Of a DNA stretch of 64,000 bases, positions 1-10,876 are shown one piece after another; the stretch's first letter is position 1; the number at the start of each line of letters is the position of its first letter. Both the position numbers and the translations under genes were made by a program. The notes beneath the pieces were generated by a model. That model was given only the letters and a program-made list of their open reading frames with translations, did not search any database and had not been told where the DNA came from. The DNA is from Candidatus Latescibacterota bacterium (GTDB taxonomy: Bacteria; Latescibacterota; UBA2968; GCA-2709665), in assembly GCA_965237675.1 (NCBI GenBank), contig OZ250150.1:704001-768000 (forward strand), given 5' to 3'.

Positions 1-1076
1 TCCATATGCCTGACAAACCCTTCACGCGCAGTTTCCAACAGGCATGTCGGATCCTCCCCGCCGTCCGTCTGTATGATTTCGCTCAGCCTGCGCCTGAAAT
101 TGTCCAACCTACGTATTGTATTCCGTGCGGCGTCGAGCACCTCTTTGGAGAAATTAAACGCGGTACGGTAGTGGTTGCTCACCACCAGGTAGCGGAAGGC
201 ACGGGCGTCATCGGGTGTATTCACGATATCCCGCACCGTCAGGTAATTGCCAAGGCTCTTGGACATCTTTTCGTCGTCTACATTAATATGTGCACCGTGC
301 AGCCAATAATTGACAAAGCGTTTGCCTGTTACCGCCTCGCTTTGCGCAATCTCATTCTGATGGTGCGGGAAAATCAGATCCACGGCCCCGGCATGGATAT
401 CGATGGTCTCCCCCAGATATTTGATTGACATGCACGAGCACTCCATGTGCCAGCCCGGCCGTCCCGTACCCAGGTCGGTTTTCCAGAACACGTCCCCGTC
501 GGCCGATTTCCACGCCTTCCACAGCACGAAATCCCGCGCATCTTCCTTGTCATATTTGTCCGTATCCACACCACTGGCGCCTGCCTGCAGTCCGGAAACG
601 TCCAGTTGCGCCAATTCCCCGTATGGGGGAAAGCTCCGTATCGAAAAATACACGGAGCCGTCGTGCTCGTATGCATGGCCGCCTTCAATCATCCGATGGA
701 TCATTTCCACCATTTCGGATATGTGCGCCGTCGCCCGCGGATAGTGATCGGCCGGGAGCAAATTCAACGTTTCCATGTCCTCAAAAAAGGCGGCGGTATA
801 CCGATCGGTGAGCGCCTTTAAAGTTGTCTCCTGGTCGCGAACTTTCCCGATTATATTGTCGTCCACGTCCGTAATGTTCATCACGTGGCGAACCTGATAA
901 CCCCGGTATGTCAGATAGCGCTTGATCAGGTCAAAGACGACAAATGTCTTGAAATTTCCGATATGAGAATAGTCGTGAACCGTTGGGCCGCAACTGTAGA
1001 ACGTCACCTTGCCCGGTTCAATTTCCTTGAATTCCTCTTTTTCTCGGGTCAGACTATTGTAAAACCAGATGGCCAT
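1..1076 (-). CDS. cysS: Cysteine--tRNA ligase (3' end runs off the window)
   Basis: Hand translation of the minus strand from ATG at 1076: MAIWFYNSLTREKEEF...YSCGPTVHDYSHIGNF (HIGH-like), DFVLWK, GRPGWHMECS, DLIFPHHQNE, KMSKS. Absent from the ORF track because no stop lies inside the window. Confidence 0.96.
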   Translation of the reverse strand, partial: MAIWFYNSLTREKEEFKEIEPGKVTFYSCGPTVHDYSHIGNFKTFVVFDLIKRYLTYRGYQVRHVMNITDVDDNIIGKVRDQETTLKALTDRYTAAFFEDMETLNLLPADHYPRATAHISEMVEMIHRMIEGGHAYEHDGSVYFSIRSFPPYGELAQLDVSGLQAGASGVDTDKYDKEDARDFVLWKAWKSADGDVFWKTDLGTGRPGWHMECSCMSIKYLGETIDIHAGAVDLIFPHHQNEIAQSEAVTGKRFVNYWLHGAHINVDDEKMSKSLGNYLTVRDIVNTPDDARAFRYLVVSNHYRTAFNFSKEVLDAARNTIRRLDNFRRRLSEIIQTDGGEDPTCLLETAREGFVRHM

Positions 1077-1121
1077 TGACGGTTCCCTCGCTGCCGCATT
1101 CCGGCGACCCATCGCACGCGG

Positions 1122-2225
1122 CTATACGGATGTCTTCAACCTCTGCTCCCGCCCGTGTCGTTCAAACGCCAACTGAATCAGGCGGTCGACCAGTTCCGTG
1201 TACGATATCCCGCTCGCCTCCCAAAGTTTCGGATACATGCTGATCCGTGTAAAGCCGGGAATGGTGTTGATTTCGTTGATCAGTACCTCGTCGTCCCCCA
1301 GCAGAAAGCAATCCACGCGCGCCATCCCTTCACAGCAAAGCACCTTGTAGGCCCGGATTGCCAGCGCCTGCACCTCGTGTACGGCTGACTCGGGAAGATC
1401 TGCCGGAATCGCCAGTCCGGCCCCGTTTTCGTCGATATATTTCGCTTCGTAAGTGTAGAATTCGTGGTGCGGAATAATCTCACCCGGAACGGACGCGATC
1501 GGATCGTCGTTGCCCAACACCGAACACTCGATCTCGCGGCCCCCGGCGTTTGCCTCAATCAAAATCTTGTGGTCGTACTGAAACGCAAATTCGAGCGCGT
1601 CGGCGAAATTCTCCCGCCCGTCCACACGGCTCACGCCAACCGACGAACCCATATTGGCAGGCTTCACATACACAGGCAGGCCCAGCCGTTTCACAACCGC
1701 ATCGAAGTCGATCTCCGCGCAGGACCGGGAAAATGTCACAAAATCAGGGGTCGGAATGCCGGCCTCCCGCAGCAGGCGTTTCATGACGTCCTTATCCATT
1801 GCCACAGCCGAACCCAGGACACCGGCGCCTACGAAAGGAATATCGGCCAGTTTCAACATCCCCTGAACGGTGCCGTCCTCTCCGAACGGCCCGTGCAGAA
1901 CGGGAAAAACCACATCCACGGCCTGCAGCCGCTGATGGTCGGAAGAACGAACGAGATGCGCACCGCCTGTATTCTGCGGCACCAGCAACACTCCGGGATC
2001 GGCATCGCCTACCGTCAGCGCCGGGAGTTCCGAACCTGCGGCCTCGACAGACAGGCGTGACGGAGCACTCAGGTGCCACTGCCCTTCCCTGTCGATTCCG
2101 ATCAGTACCACTTCGTACTTGCGCTTGTCAATTGCCTCGACGACGTTCTTGGCGGACGCCTGCGACACTTCGTGCTCGGCGGACTTACCGCCGAAAAGCA
2201 CGCCGACGCGGATCTTATTGCCCAT
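1122..2225 (-). CDS. ddl: D-alanine--D-alanine ligase
   Basis: GGKSAEHEVS, LHGPFGEDGTVQG, KPANMGSSVG, FYTYEAKY and NEINTIPGFT motifs. Confidence 0.96.
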   Translation of the reverse strand: MGNKIRVGVLFGGKSAEHEVSQASAKNVVEAIDKRKYEVVLIGIDREGQWHLSAPSRLSVEAAGSELPALTVGDADPGVLLVPQNTGGAHLVRSSDHQRLQAVDVVFPVLHGPFGEDGTVQGMLKLADIPFVGAGVLGSAVAMDKDVMKRLLREAGIPTPDFVTFSRSCAEIDFDAVVKRLGLPVYVKPANMGSSVGVSRVDGRENFADALEFAFQYDHKILIEANAGGREIECSVLGNDDPIASVPGEIIPHHEFYTYEAKYIDENGAGLAIPADLPESAVHEVQALAIRAYKVLCCEGMARVDCFLLGDDEVLINEINTIPGFTRISMYPKLWEASGISYTELVDRLIQLAFERHGREQRLKTSV

Positions 2226-2297
2226 CGACGTTACCTCAAGAGTGAATCGGCGCCTGTTGAGCTCAAATCGAGGGAGACCAATCGTTGCGGGTGACCG

Positions 2298-2984
2298 TCA
2301 GGACGCCCCTTTGTCAAGCGGCGTTGAATCGCTGGAATCCACGGAATCTCCCCGGCGTTTCTTTCTCCGCCAAAGCCAGTACCCGATCCCGCCGGCCACC
2401 ATCAGTACCAGAATCATCCGATTATAAGCCCGCAGAACGTCGACCACCAGCCACCAGTTTTCGCCCACCTTCAACCCGAAATACACCAGCAGGCTGTTCC
2501 ACAGGAGTGTACTCAGGACAACGTATACGAGCATCCGAACCGGGTGTATGCGGCAGATCCCGGCCACGATCCCCACAAAGGCCCGTACGGTGGGCAAAAA
2601 TCGGTTGAAGATCACGATCCGATCGCCGTACCGCAAGAAACCCGCCTCCACCCGGTCCAGGTTCTTCTCTGAAAAAATCCGGGAATTGAATCCCAGGAAG
2701 AATGCACGCCCTTTCCAGTATGCCACACCGTAAACCAGCATACATCCCATTGTGCTGCCCAACCACATTGCCAAATATGCCGGCACCAGCCGAACAATGC
2801 CCATCCCGGCGAGATAGGCGCCAAAGACGATCAGGGTATCTCCCGGGATTGGTGGTACCAGATTCTCCAAAAAGGCGCCGAGAAACAAAAAAAAACAGAT
2901 CAACTCCGGTGGCTGATCGTCCAGAATCAGCAGAAACTGTTCCCATGCCCGCGACAAGAACGCAAGATCGAACGGAAATTCCAA
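2298..2984 (-). CDS. DedA family membrane protein
   Basis: ENLVPPIPGD and RFLPTVR motifs; several hydrophobic helices. Confidence 0.9.
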   Translation of the reverse strand: MEFPFDLAFLSRAWEQFLLILDDQPPELICFFLFLGAFLENLVPPIPGDTLIVFGAYLAGMGIVRLVPAYLAMWLGSTMGCMLVYGVAYWKGRAFFLGFNSRIFSEKNLDRVEAGFLRYGDRIVIFNRFLPTVRAFVGIVAGICRIHPVRMLVYVVLSTLLWNSLLVYFGLKVGENWWLVVDVLRAYNRMILVLMVAGGIGYWLWRRKKRRGDSVDSSDSTPLDKGAS

Positions 2985-3008
2985 CCGACCCTCCTTACCC
3001 CATGTGGC

Positions 3009-4223
3009 CTAACCCAAATTTCCTTTTCCCGGGTCATGGATCCCAACCCCCAACGCGACGAGCGCGACCGCCTGAGCGGCCATTCCCTCCTCTGTCCCTA
3101 CAAACCCCAGGCCCTCGGTCGTCGTCGCCTTTACCGACATCCGGTCCGCCGCGATACCAAGCGCTGCGGCCATTTTTGCACGCATATCGGAAATGTGCGG
3201 CGCAAGCTTCGGGCGTTGCGCAATCACTGTTGCGTCCACGTTCATGATCTGTGCGCCGGCATCCCGGGCCAGCCCGGACACCCGCTCCAGCAGAATCAGA
3301 CTCGAAATACCGGAATATGCCGGATCGGCGTCGGGAAAGTGCCCGCCGATATCGCCCTGGCCCATCGCACCCAGAACGGCATCCGCTACCGCATGGGATA
3401 GCACATCGGCGTCGGAGTGCCCCTGTAGACCCCGGTCGAACGGAACCGTCACCCCGCCCAGAATCAGCGGCCGGCCCGCGACCAGCCGGTGTACGTCATA
3501 TCCCTGGCCGGTGCGTAAATCCGATGGCATGCCCCCCCCTCTGGATCTCAAAATCGATTCGGCCATCGCCAGATCCTCCGGCGCGGTCACTTTCAGATTG
3601 TCCTCCCGCCCAGTCACGAGGTATACGGGCGCCTTCTGTCGCTCCACAAGCGACGTATCGTCCGTACCCGCGAACGCGCATCGGGCGGCCGCTTCGTGGG
3701 CCCGTCGCAACATTGGCGCGCGAAACGCCTGGGGGGTCTGGACGCGCCACAACCGCGATCGGTCCAGCGTTTGCAACACACGCCCGTTTTCGATTTCCTT
3801 GACCGTATCCCTTACAGGCGTACCCAACGCCGCCGCGCCCTTCTCACGCGCCAAATCGATGACGGCGTCGATCTGCTCGGGCAGAATCAACGGCCGAGCC
3901 CCGTCATGGATCGCAACGACATCCGCGTCATCCGGTACCGCCCCCAGTCCCTCCGCAACAGAATCCTGGCGCCGCGCGCCACCCGTCACCACCGCGGCAA
4001 CTTTCCGGATGCCCCACCGGCCAACGACCTCCCGGCAGCGATCCACGCTATCCGCCAGCGTGACAAGCACGACGCGGTCGACCCGGTTTGCGCGATCGAA
4101 GGCTGCCAACGCGTGGACAAGTAACGGACGCCCGGCCAGGGTGATGAATTGCTTCGGCAGTTCGCACCCCATCCGCCGGCCGGCGCCGGCGGCAAGCACA
4201 ATTGCGTAAACCATATTGGACAC
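3009..4223 (-). CDS. ispDF: Bifunctional 2-C-methyl-D-erythritol 4-phosphate cytidylyltransferase / 2,4-cyclodiphosphate synthase
   Basis: IspD motifs [25 protein letters not shown] fused to IspF motifs [23 protein letters not shown]. Confidence 0.95.
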   Translation of the reverse strand: MSNMVYAIVLAAGAGRRMGCELPKQFITLAGRPLLVHALAAFDRANRVDRVVLVTLADSVDRCREVVGRWGIRKVAAVVTGGARRQDSVAEGLGAVPDDADVVAIHDGARPLILPEQIDAVIDLAREKGAAALGTPVRDTVKEIENGRVLQTLDRSRLWRVQTPQAFRAPMLRRAHEAAARCAFAGTDDTSLVERQKAPVYLVTGREDNLKVTAPEDLAMAESILRSRGGGMPSDLRTGQGYDVHRLVAGRPLILGGVTVPFDRGLQGHSDADVLSHAVADAVLGAMGQGDIGGHFPDADPAYSGISSLILLERVSGLARDAGAQIMNVDATVIAQRPKLAPHISDMRAKMAAALGIAADRMSVKATTTEGLGFVGTEEGMAAQAVALVALGVGIHDPGKGNLG

Positions 4224-4226
4224 CGC

Positions 4227-5264
4227 TTACAGAATCAACATTGCGTCGCCATAGCTGTAGAATCGATACTCCTGCTGCACCGCTTCTTCGTACGCCCCCA
4301 ATGTGAACCCCCGGTCCGCAAATGCGGAAACCAGCATAAGAAGCGTCGAACGGGGCAGATGGAAATTGGTGACCAGCGTGTCTATCAGCTTGAACCGGTA
4401 CGGGGGATAGACGAATAACCTGGTCCAACCGGAACCGGGATTCAAAATCCAGCCATCGCGTTTTTCCATCGCCGATGATTCGAGCGCGCGCACGGTTGTT
4501 GTGCCCACCGCCACAACGCGACCTCCATTCCGCCGGCATGTATTCACTTTCTCGGCGGCTTCGGAACCAATCTCAAAGTACTCCGCATCCATCTCGTGCC
4601 GCCGGGGGTCTTCCACTTCGACGGGCTGAAATGTCCCCGGTCCCACATGCAGCAGCACCGGGACGATCTCGACGCCGGATTCCCGGATCCGTTCGAGGAG
4701 ATCCGACGTAAAATGCAGCCCCGCGGTAGGCGCCGCGACGGCGCCGGGGGTTCGCGCGTACACCGCCTGGTATCGTTCCCGATCTGTGGGATCATCTTCC
4801 CGTTTAATATAGGGTGGCAATGGAATGCGCCCGTGTCGCCCCAGAAGCAATTCCAGAGATGCGTTCCCGTTGAACCGAACCAACCGGCGTCCGGAGGACA
4901 GGACCTCCGTCACCACGGCGACAAGATCCACCTCCTGAAATACCACCTCCGCGCCTTCCCGCAACCGCCGGCCCGGTCGCGCGAGAACTTCCCAGCAATC
5001 TCCGTCGGGACGAATCAGCAGGAGTTCCACGGCCCCGCCACTTCCGGCACGGAATCCGTTGAGGCGAGCGGGGAAAACGCGCGTTTCGTTGACGACCAGA
5101 CAATCACCGGGACGCAGAAAATCCGGAAACGACCTGAACACCGCATGTTCGATCCGCCCGGTTTTTCGATCCAGAACCATCAACCGGGCGCCGTCCCGTT
5201 CGGAAGCCGGGTACTGGGCAATCAAACCTTCGGGAAGTTCGTAATCGTAGTCTGCGAGGTTCAT
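4227..5264 (-). CDS. queA: S-adenosylmethionine:tRNA ribosyltransferase-isomerase
   Basis: LIAQYP, PLPPYI, GAVAAPTAGLHF, LHVGPGTF, TNFHLPRSTL, YRFYSYGDAM. ATG at 5264 preferred; the ORF track uses TTG at 5273. Confidence 0.97.
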   Translation of the reverse strand: MNLADYDYELPEGLIAQYPASERDGARLMVLDRKTGRIEHAVFRSFPDFLRPGDCLVVNETRVFPARLNGFRAGSGGAVELLLIRPDGDCWEVLARPGRRLREGAEVVFQEVDLVAVVTEVLSSGRRLVRFNGNASLELLLGRHGRIPLPPYIKREDDPTDRERYQAVYARTPGAVAAPTAGLHFTSDLLERIRESGVEIVPVLLHVGPGTFQPVEVEDPRRHEMDAEYFEIGSEAAEKVNTCRRNGGRVVAVGTTTVRALESSAMEKRDGWILNPGSGWTRLFVYPPYRFKLIDTLVTNFHLPRSTLLMLVSAFADRGFTLGAYEEAVQQEYRFYSYGDAMLIL

Positions 5265-5454
5265 GGAACCCAATGTCCGGACTCAGGAATACCTGGACAT
5301 TATTGCTACCGTCTCGTCCGGTGTCGGGGGGTTTGCGGCGTGCCGCTTTCTGAACGCGGACCGGCGAACCCTTGCTTTCCGCACCTGGCCCCGAGGACGC
5401 CCCCGTTCGCAGGTGAAAGCGGACGCCGAAGGTGGCGAATGCCTCCGGTTTACG

Positions 5455-5679
5455 TCAACGCCGGGAAATCAGATTCAGGACGACAGTCAGAACGATGCTA
5501 ACCACAATACACGTCACAAGCGGGAAATAGAGGCCGAACCCCTCCCGGCGAACGGCGATATCTCCTGGAAGCCGCCCCGGAAAAGGGATCCTATCTCCAA
5601 CCCAGAGCAGAAAACCCACCGAAAACACCAAAATCCCCACAACCATCAGGATCCTGCCGAAACCGGAAACCTCGTACAC
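5455..5679 (-). CDS. DUF2905 family small membrane protein
   Basis: GRLPGDI...FPLVTCIVVS signature; this family commonly lies upstream of queA. Confidence 0.88.
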   Translation of the reverse strand: MYEVSGFGRILMVVGILVFSVGFLLWVGDRIPFPGRLPGDIAVRREGFGLYFPLVTCIVVSIVLTVVLNLISRR

Positions 5680-5933
5680 GACAACAACCTTTCAGAGAAG
5701 TCAAAACTTACAGAATTCTCGCTACAACGTCAAGGTATTGCATCTCAGAAAGAGGTTCTGGAACAGGCAGCCGAGAAGCCGGCAGCACGACAAATCCAAA
5801 TTTTCGTCCGCGTCGGATGCTCGATCGAATCCACGGCCATTTTCGCCGACGTTCCCGCAAAACAACAAACGTGAAACACGTCGCACCGGAGCGGCGGACC
5901 GTTTCACGTTTGGCGTTCGACGCGGAGCGGCCT

Positions 5934-6122
5934 CTAGTGTTCTGTCTCGGAAATAGATTGCCTGAATTCGGCCGCCGAGTCGCCCGGCTCGCAAGGCGCC
6001 TGCGACCTGCGTAAGGTCGGCCCAACGCAGCGAGACGGGATGAACCGGCGCCTGCCTGTGCGTGCTGCCTCACGCACGCAGACAGGGATGAATGGTGACA
6101 TATTTCCGGTACGGGACACTAG
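5934..6122. mobile_element. MITE-like non-autonomous element bounded by CTAG
   Basis: Left end ctagtgttctgtctcggaaata and reverse complement of right end ctagtgtcccgtaccggaaata form imperfect ~22-bp terminal inverted repeats. No transposase inside. The right CTAG contains the stop codon of the neighbouring dehydrogenase. Confidence 0.7.
6051..6086. repeat. Short palindromic REP-like insert nested in the MITE
   Basis: cctgcctgtgcgtg-ctgcct-cacgcacgcagacagg forms an imperfect hairpin. Confidence 0.55.
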
Positions 6123-7153
6123 GGCGTAAAAACGACCTTCAACGCCTCCATATTCTCCGCTGCCGCGAACCCCTTCTCCCAATCTGCAAGCGGCAGCCGA
6201 TGCGTAATCATCGGATCCACGTCGATCTTGCCGTCGGCAATCATCCAGATGGTCTTATCCCAGCTTGCATACTCCGTCGACATATTGAAATATAGCGTCA
6301 CAACCTTGGTCATTGCCGCATCCCAGTCCAATTGCACCGGACGCTTGCCGGTAAGGCCGATCGCGCATATCCGGCCCCATTTGCAGACCAGATCGATGGC
6401 CTGCGCGATGGCAGGCGGAGCCCCCGAGCACTCAATCACCAGGTCGGCCCCTTTGCCGCCGGTTAACGCCATGCAGCGCTCCACCGGATCCGCCTCGGCG
6501 AAATTCACCACGTGGTCGACGCCCAACCTGCGCGCCGTCGACAGACGCAATTCCTCGTCTGCAGGCGCGCCCACCATCATCACCTCACGCGCGCCCGCCA
6601 CACGGGCGACCTGGGCCGCCAGCAGGCCGATTGGCCCCGGCCCCAGAACCACCACGAAATCGCCCACCTCGATTGCCTGCCTGTCTATAATATCCGTCAC
6701 CGTATTGGCCGCCGGTTCAACCAGCGCCCCCTGCTCAAAACTCATATGATCCGGTATGCGATGCAGCAGGTTGGTGGGATATTTTATATATCTGGTGAAT
6801 GCGCCGTCAATTCCCCAGCCAGGAGATCTCTTCTCAAGGCAGTTCTGAATATGGCCTTTCCGACAGAGGAAACACTTGCCGCAGTGCAACGTATGCGGCT
6901 CTCCGACCACACGGTCTCCCACTCTCCAATCCGATACCGCGCTTCCAACCTCGACGATCTCGCCCGAAAATTCATGACCCAGGATCACGGGCGGCCAGTA
7001 GGGGAATGTATCGTGTTTCACGTGCACATCCGTACCGCAGATGCCCGCCGCCTTTATTTCGATCAGAACCTCGTCGTCTGTAATTTCGGGCTCCGGTACG
7101 TCGCGCAACTCCAGGAACCCGACACCTCGTTTGGTCTTGACAACCGCCTCCAT
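6119..7153 (-). CDS. Zinc-binding alcohol/polyol dehydrogenase (MDR family, sorbitol/threonine dehydrogenase-like)
   Basis: GICGTDVH, GHEFSG, structural Zn site CGKCFLC...C, GPGPIG Rossmann motif; likely start MEAVVK at 7153. Confidence 0.92.
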   Translation of the reverse strand: MEAVVKTKRGVGFLELRDVPEPEITDDEVLIEIKAAGICGTDVHVKHDTFPYWPPVILGHEFSGEIVEVGSAVSDWRVGDRVVGEPHTLHCGKCFLCRKGHIQNCLEKRSPGWGIDGAFTRYIKYPTNLLHRIPDHMSFEQGALVEPAANTVTDIIDRQAIEVGDFVVVLGPGPIGLLAAQVARVAGAREVMMVGAPADEELRLSTARRLGVDHVVNFAEADPVERCMALTGGKGADLVIECSGAPPAIAQAIDLVCKWGRICAIGLTGKRPVQLDWDAAMTKVVTLYFNMSTEYASWDKTIWMIADGKIDVDPMITHRLPLADWEKGFAAAENMEALKVVFTP

Positions 7154-7628
7154 AATCTGCTCCTTTTTTGTTGGATCAATACAACACCGCTCCATCAGCC
7201 GGTTCGAAACAACGGCAACGCTGTGAAACGGAACCATCAGGATCGCGGGTTTTCGAGTGAACCCTGCACAGCGGTGAAATCTCGCGAATTACGCACGCGC
7301 GAGACACGAATTCCCCTTGAATTTCCGCTGTGGATAATGTATAATCCACATTATTATATCGCGGCCGACCGGCGTGTTCCCCGGTCGGCTGATACGATTG
7401 CAGGAAGCTGTCTCAAAACACCCAGCGGTCTTCGCGCGGCTGCAAAAGCGTCGGTCGCCGTTGGTCAAATCCACCCGTATCTTTAGCTAAGGGGCCTTCG
7501 CCCGCCTGGACCGACACCTTTTCGCTCGTGCTCGGGAACGCACCAGGAATTCCAAAACAGTTGTCATGCGCACTCTGGGGCACCCATTATGATGAAAATG
7601 GTTGCGTCAACGTAGCTTCTAACGGAAA

Positions 7629-7820
7629 TCAACCGCAATCCAGACAACGCACTTCGTCAAAAATCCGATTCTGCTCATCCGGCTCGTCAATCGCAAAATT
7701 AACGAGGCACCGTACGGCCTTGGAAGCGTCTTCCAGACGGTACCGGGCGGCGACCTCTACCAAAAACGCCATCTGATGTGTTTCCAGCAAGATCTCGAAA
7801 CCCCGCTTTTCCTTGAACAC
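7629..7820 (-). CDS. Small hypothetical protein, possibly ribbon-helix-helix-like, with C-terminal CxxC
   Basis: 63-aa ORF with GTG start preceded by AGGGAGG; SKAVRCLVNFAI helix and terminal RCLDCG. Confidence 0.6.
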   Translation of the reverse strand: MFKEKRGFEILLETHQMAFLVEVAARYRLEDASKAVRCLVNFAIDEPDEQNRIFDEVRCLDCG

Positions 7821-8017
7821 GCCAGTACCTCCCTGTTGAGTCGGATGCCTTCGTGCAGCCGAAAATGTCCTTACGCATACGAAGATTCATTATAGGGGTT
7901 GCGGGATATATTGTCAATGGGGGATTCATCTCCCCACACCCGCTTTATCCGGACCGATGGATACCGAGCACAGGAGATTGACAGCCGGATGTTTTCTAAC
8001 CACCGGCTCCCGAATTC

Positions 8018-10876
8018 ATGTCCATACTTGAAACCTTTGTTGCCATCGACCTCGAAACCACCGGTCTGGAGCCTCCTGGTGCCGAAATCCTGGAAATTGG
8101 CGCTGTCCGGGTGGAAAACGGTCAAATCGTCGACCGTTTCCAAACCTATGTCAGGCCCGCGGGCGTCATCCCCGACGAAACCGTCCGTCTCACCGGGATC
8201 ACGGCAGGGACGGTCCAGGATGCGCCGCCAATCGACACCGTCATCGAGCGTCTCAGGGACTTTCTGGGAGATCTGCCCCTCATCGCCCACCAGGGCCGGT
8301 TTGAATCCCGGTTCTTAATGGCCGTTGCCGTCGTTCCCTTTGAGAACCCGGTGCACAGTGTGCGAGAACTCGCCCGTGTCGCCCTGCCCACCCTCGACGA
8401 ACACCGCGTCGAAACTCTGGCCGGGCACTTCTCCGTTCAATGCAACACGCCCCACAAGGCTCTGGCCGACGCGGAAACCCTGGCGGGGATCTACCTCCAT
8501 CTCGTAGGCCTGTTCCGATCCGTATCCCTGGACCTTAAGCAACAAATGCTTCGTTTGCTTCAGGGCACACGGTCGGGCTTGCTTCCCATTATGGTCGAAT
8601 TGGCCAGAGAAGGCGTGAGGAAAGAGTTCCTGAGCCCGAAGCCGGGCGGCCCGACGGGGGACACCCCGCTGTTCAATGTAGGCGGGGAGACGCCTCAAAT
8701 CCCTGGCGAGCCATCCGATCACCCGCTGGACGTAACGGCGGTCTGCGGCATGTTGGAACCCGGCGGTTGCTTCGAGGAAGGGATCTCAGGGTATGAATTT
8801 CGTCCTCAGCAGGTCGAAATGGCGCAGGCTGTGGCCGAAGCCATCAACACGGGTCGGCACCTGGCCGTGGAAGCCGGTACCGGCGTGGGAAAATCGATCG
8901 CCTATCTCGCACCGTCCATACTGTATGCCGTACAAAACAACGTACGATTCATCGTTTCGACAAACACCAAAAACCTCCAGGAACAGCTCTTTTTCAAAGA
9001 TCTACCCTTGCTGGCGGCGATCCTGGACGTGCCCTTCCACTTCGCCCTGCTCAAGGGTCGAAACAACTATATTTGCCTGAACCGGTGGAATTCCGCCCTG
9101 GCCAACCCGGACGCAAATTTCACGCCCAACGAACGCATCAGCGCCCTGCCTCTGGTGCTGTGGGCGGAAACAACCCGCACGGGAGACATCTCCGAGAATA
9201 CCGGATTCGACCTGAGACGGCAAGCGGGCCTGTGGGCGAAAATCTGCTCCGATTCCGGCTTCTGCCGCAGCCAGCGTTGCCGCAACAACGGCCGGTGTTT
9301 TGCAAATAACATCCGCAGGACCGCAGCAAAAGCGCATCTCGTAGTAATCAATCATTCATTGCTCTTCTCCGATATTGTTTCGGAAAACGCCATCCTTGGC
9401 GAGTACTCGCACCTGGTTTTGGACGAAGCCCACAATCTCGAGAAAGTTGCCGCGCACTACCTGGGAAAAGAACTCAGTATATGGCGGGTCAAGAACCTCG
9501 CCGATCAACTGTGCGGCCCGGGTTCGTCGGACGCGGGTACGCTGCCGGCCCTGAGACACTGGATCGTGGTTGCGGATCCGGAACCGGCCAGGGTCAAAGC
9601 CTTTGACGCCGGCATCAAATCAGCGACTCTTGCGGCACAGGACCTCTGGCTCCGGGCCCGGACCTTTTTTGAGAACCTTACCCAACACCTTCTGCAACGG
9701 ACGGGCGGTCCGGGAACTGCGTACAGAGAAAAAATCCGCTATCGACCTGGCGAACCCGCCTTCGACGCCCTGGCCGAATCGCTGACGGCGTTCTCACTTG
9801 CCCTGGGTGCGCTTTGCAGCCGTCTCAAGGACCTCTCAGACTGGCTCCGAGACCTACCCGGGCACACCTTTGTCAACCAGGATGAAATCAATAACGAACT
9901 CGGCGGTTGCATCGAGACCACGCAAACCATTCTGGATGACCTGGACAACCTCGTCACCGCCGACGATGAGAACGCCGTCTACTGGCTGGAATTACCGGGG
10001 ACGGAAAAAAGCGCCGACACCCGCCTCTTTTCTGCTCCCCTGGACGTTTCCGAGATGCTGAACGACGGGCTTTACGAAGGCAAAGCAACGATCGTATTTA
10101 CGTCCGCCACGCTGGGCATCCGCGGCAAGCTCACCTATTTCCTCCGGCGAATGGGCCTCGAATCCATACCAGAGTCCCGGATGCAGACCCATTGTCTGGG
10201 CTCCCCTTTCGACTACCGGAAACAGGCCCTCGTGTGCACACCGCGCTTTATGCCCTCGCCTAAATCCGCCGAATTCCAGCAGGCGGTGGACACGCTTCTG
10301 CACGACCTGATGCTCAAAACAAAACGAGGTACGCTGGCTCTTTTCACCTCGTACGGAATGTTGAACCGCACCTACGACGCCATCAAACCGGGCCTGCGCG
10401 CTAACGGCGTTCTCGTGCTCGGACAGGGCATTGACGGATCGCGCACGAATATTACCAACCGGTTCAAACTCGAAGAAACCGCCTTGCTCCTGGGTACCGC
10501 CAGCTTCTGGGAAGGCATCGACGTTCCGGGCAACGCGCTCCAGGTCCTGGGCATCGTACGTCTGCCATTCGCCGTTCCCTCCGAACCTCTCGTCGCCGCC
10601 CATATCGAAGAACTGGAAAAACAGGGCAAGAATCCGTTCCTGAACTACTCGGTACCCGAAGCGATCCTGAAGTTCCGGCAGGGCTTTGGACGACTTATCC
10701 GCAACAAAACCGACCGGGGCGCGGTCATCGTGCTGGACAGCAGGGTGCTCAGCACCCGATATGGACGGGCTTTTCTGGAGGCTCTTCCGGTCGGTTATCA
10801 TTCTTTCAATACCCGGGAGGAGATGATCGGCGCGATCTCCGCCTGGTTTGACGACACAAACGGAACAAGCCATTGA
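8018..10876 (+). CDS. dinG: DEDDh 3'-5' exonuclease fused to DinG-family Fe-S helicase
   Basis: N-terminal DLETTG and HKALADA; Q motif RPQQ; Walker A EAGTGVGKS; four-Cys cluster region; DEAH; SATL; FWEGIDVPG; QGFGRLIR. Confidence 0.92.
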   Translation: MSILETFVAIDLETTGLEPPGAEILEIGAVRVENGQIVDRFQTYVRPAGVIPDETVRLTGITAGTVQDAPPIDTVIERLRDFLGDLPLIAHQGRFESRFLMAVAVVPFENPVHSVRELARVALPTLDEHRVETLAGHFSVQCNTPHKALADAETLAGIYLHLVGLFRSVSLDLKQQMLRLLQGTRSGLLPIMVELAREGVRKEFLSPKPGGPTGDTPLFNVGGETPQIPGEPSDHPLDVTAVCGMLEPGGCFEEGISGYEFRPQQVEMAQAVAEAINTGRHLAVEAGTGVGKSIAYLAPSILYAVQNNVRFIVSTNTKNLQEQLFFKDLPLLAAILDVPFHFALLKGRNNYICLNRWNSALANPDANFTPNERISALPLVLWAETTRTGDISENTGFDLRRQAGLWAKICSDSGFCRSQRCRNNGRCFANNIRRTAAKAHLVVINHSLLFSDIVSENAILGEYSHLVLDEAHNLEKVAAHYLGKELSIWRVKNLADQLCGPGSSDAGTLPALRHWIVVADPEPARVKAFDAGIKSATLAAQDLWLRARTFFENLTQHLLQRTGGPGTAYREKIRYRPGEPAFDALAESLTAFSLALGALCSRLKDLSDWLRDLPGHTFVNQDEINNELGGCIETTQTILDDLDNLVTADDENAVYWLELPGTEKSADTRLFSAPLDVSEMLNDGLYEGKATIVFTSATLGIRGKLTYFLRRMGLESIPESRMQTHCLGSPFDYRKQALVCTPRFMPSPKSAEFQQAVDTLLHDLMLKTKRGTLALFTSYGMLNRTYDAIKPGLRANGVLVLGQGIDGSRTNITNRFKLEETALLLGTASFWEGIDVPGNALQVLGIVRLPFAVPSEPLVAAHIEELEKQGKNPFLNYSVPEAILKFRQGFGRLIRNKTDRGAVIVLDSRVLSTRYGRAFLEALPVGYHSFNTREEMIGAISAWFDDTNGTSH

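Noticed and set aside
5270-5450. Hairpins upstream of queA as a preQ1-type riboswitch
   Set aside because: No preQ1 consensus or A-rich tail; the stems are explicable by high GC.
7629-7631. TGA after RCLDCG as a second selenocysteine
   Set aside because: The CxxC is already complete, and I see no protein-like continuation or convincing SECIS.
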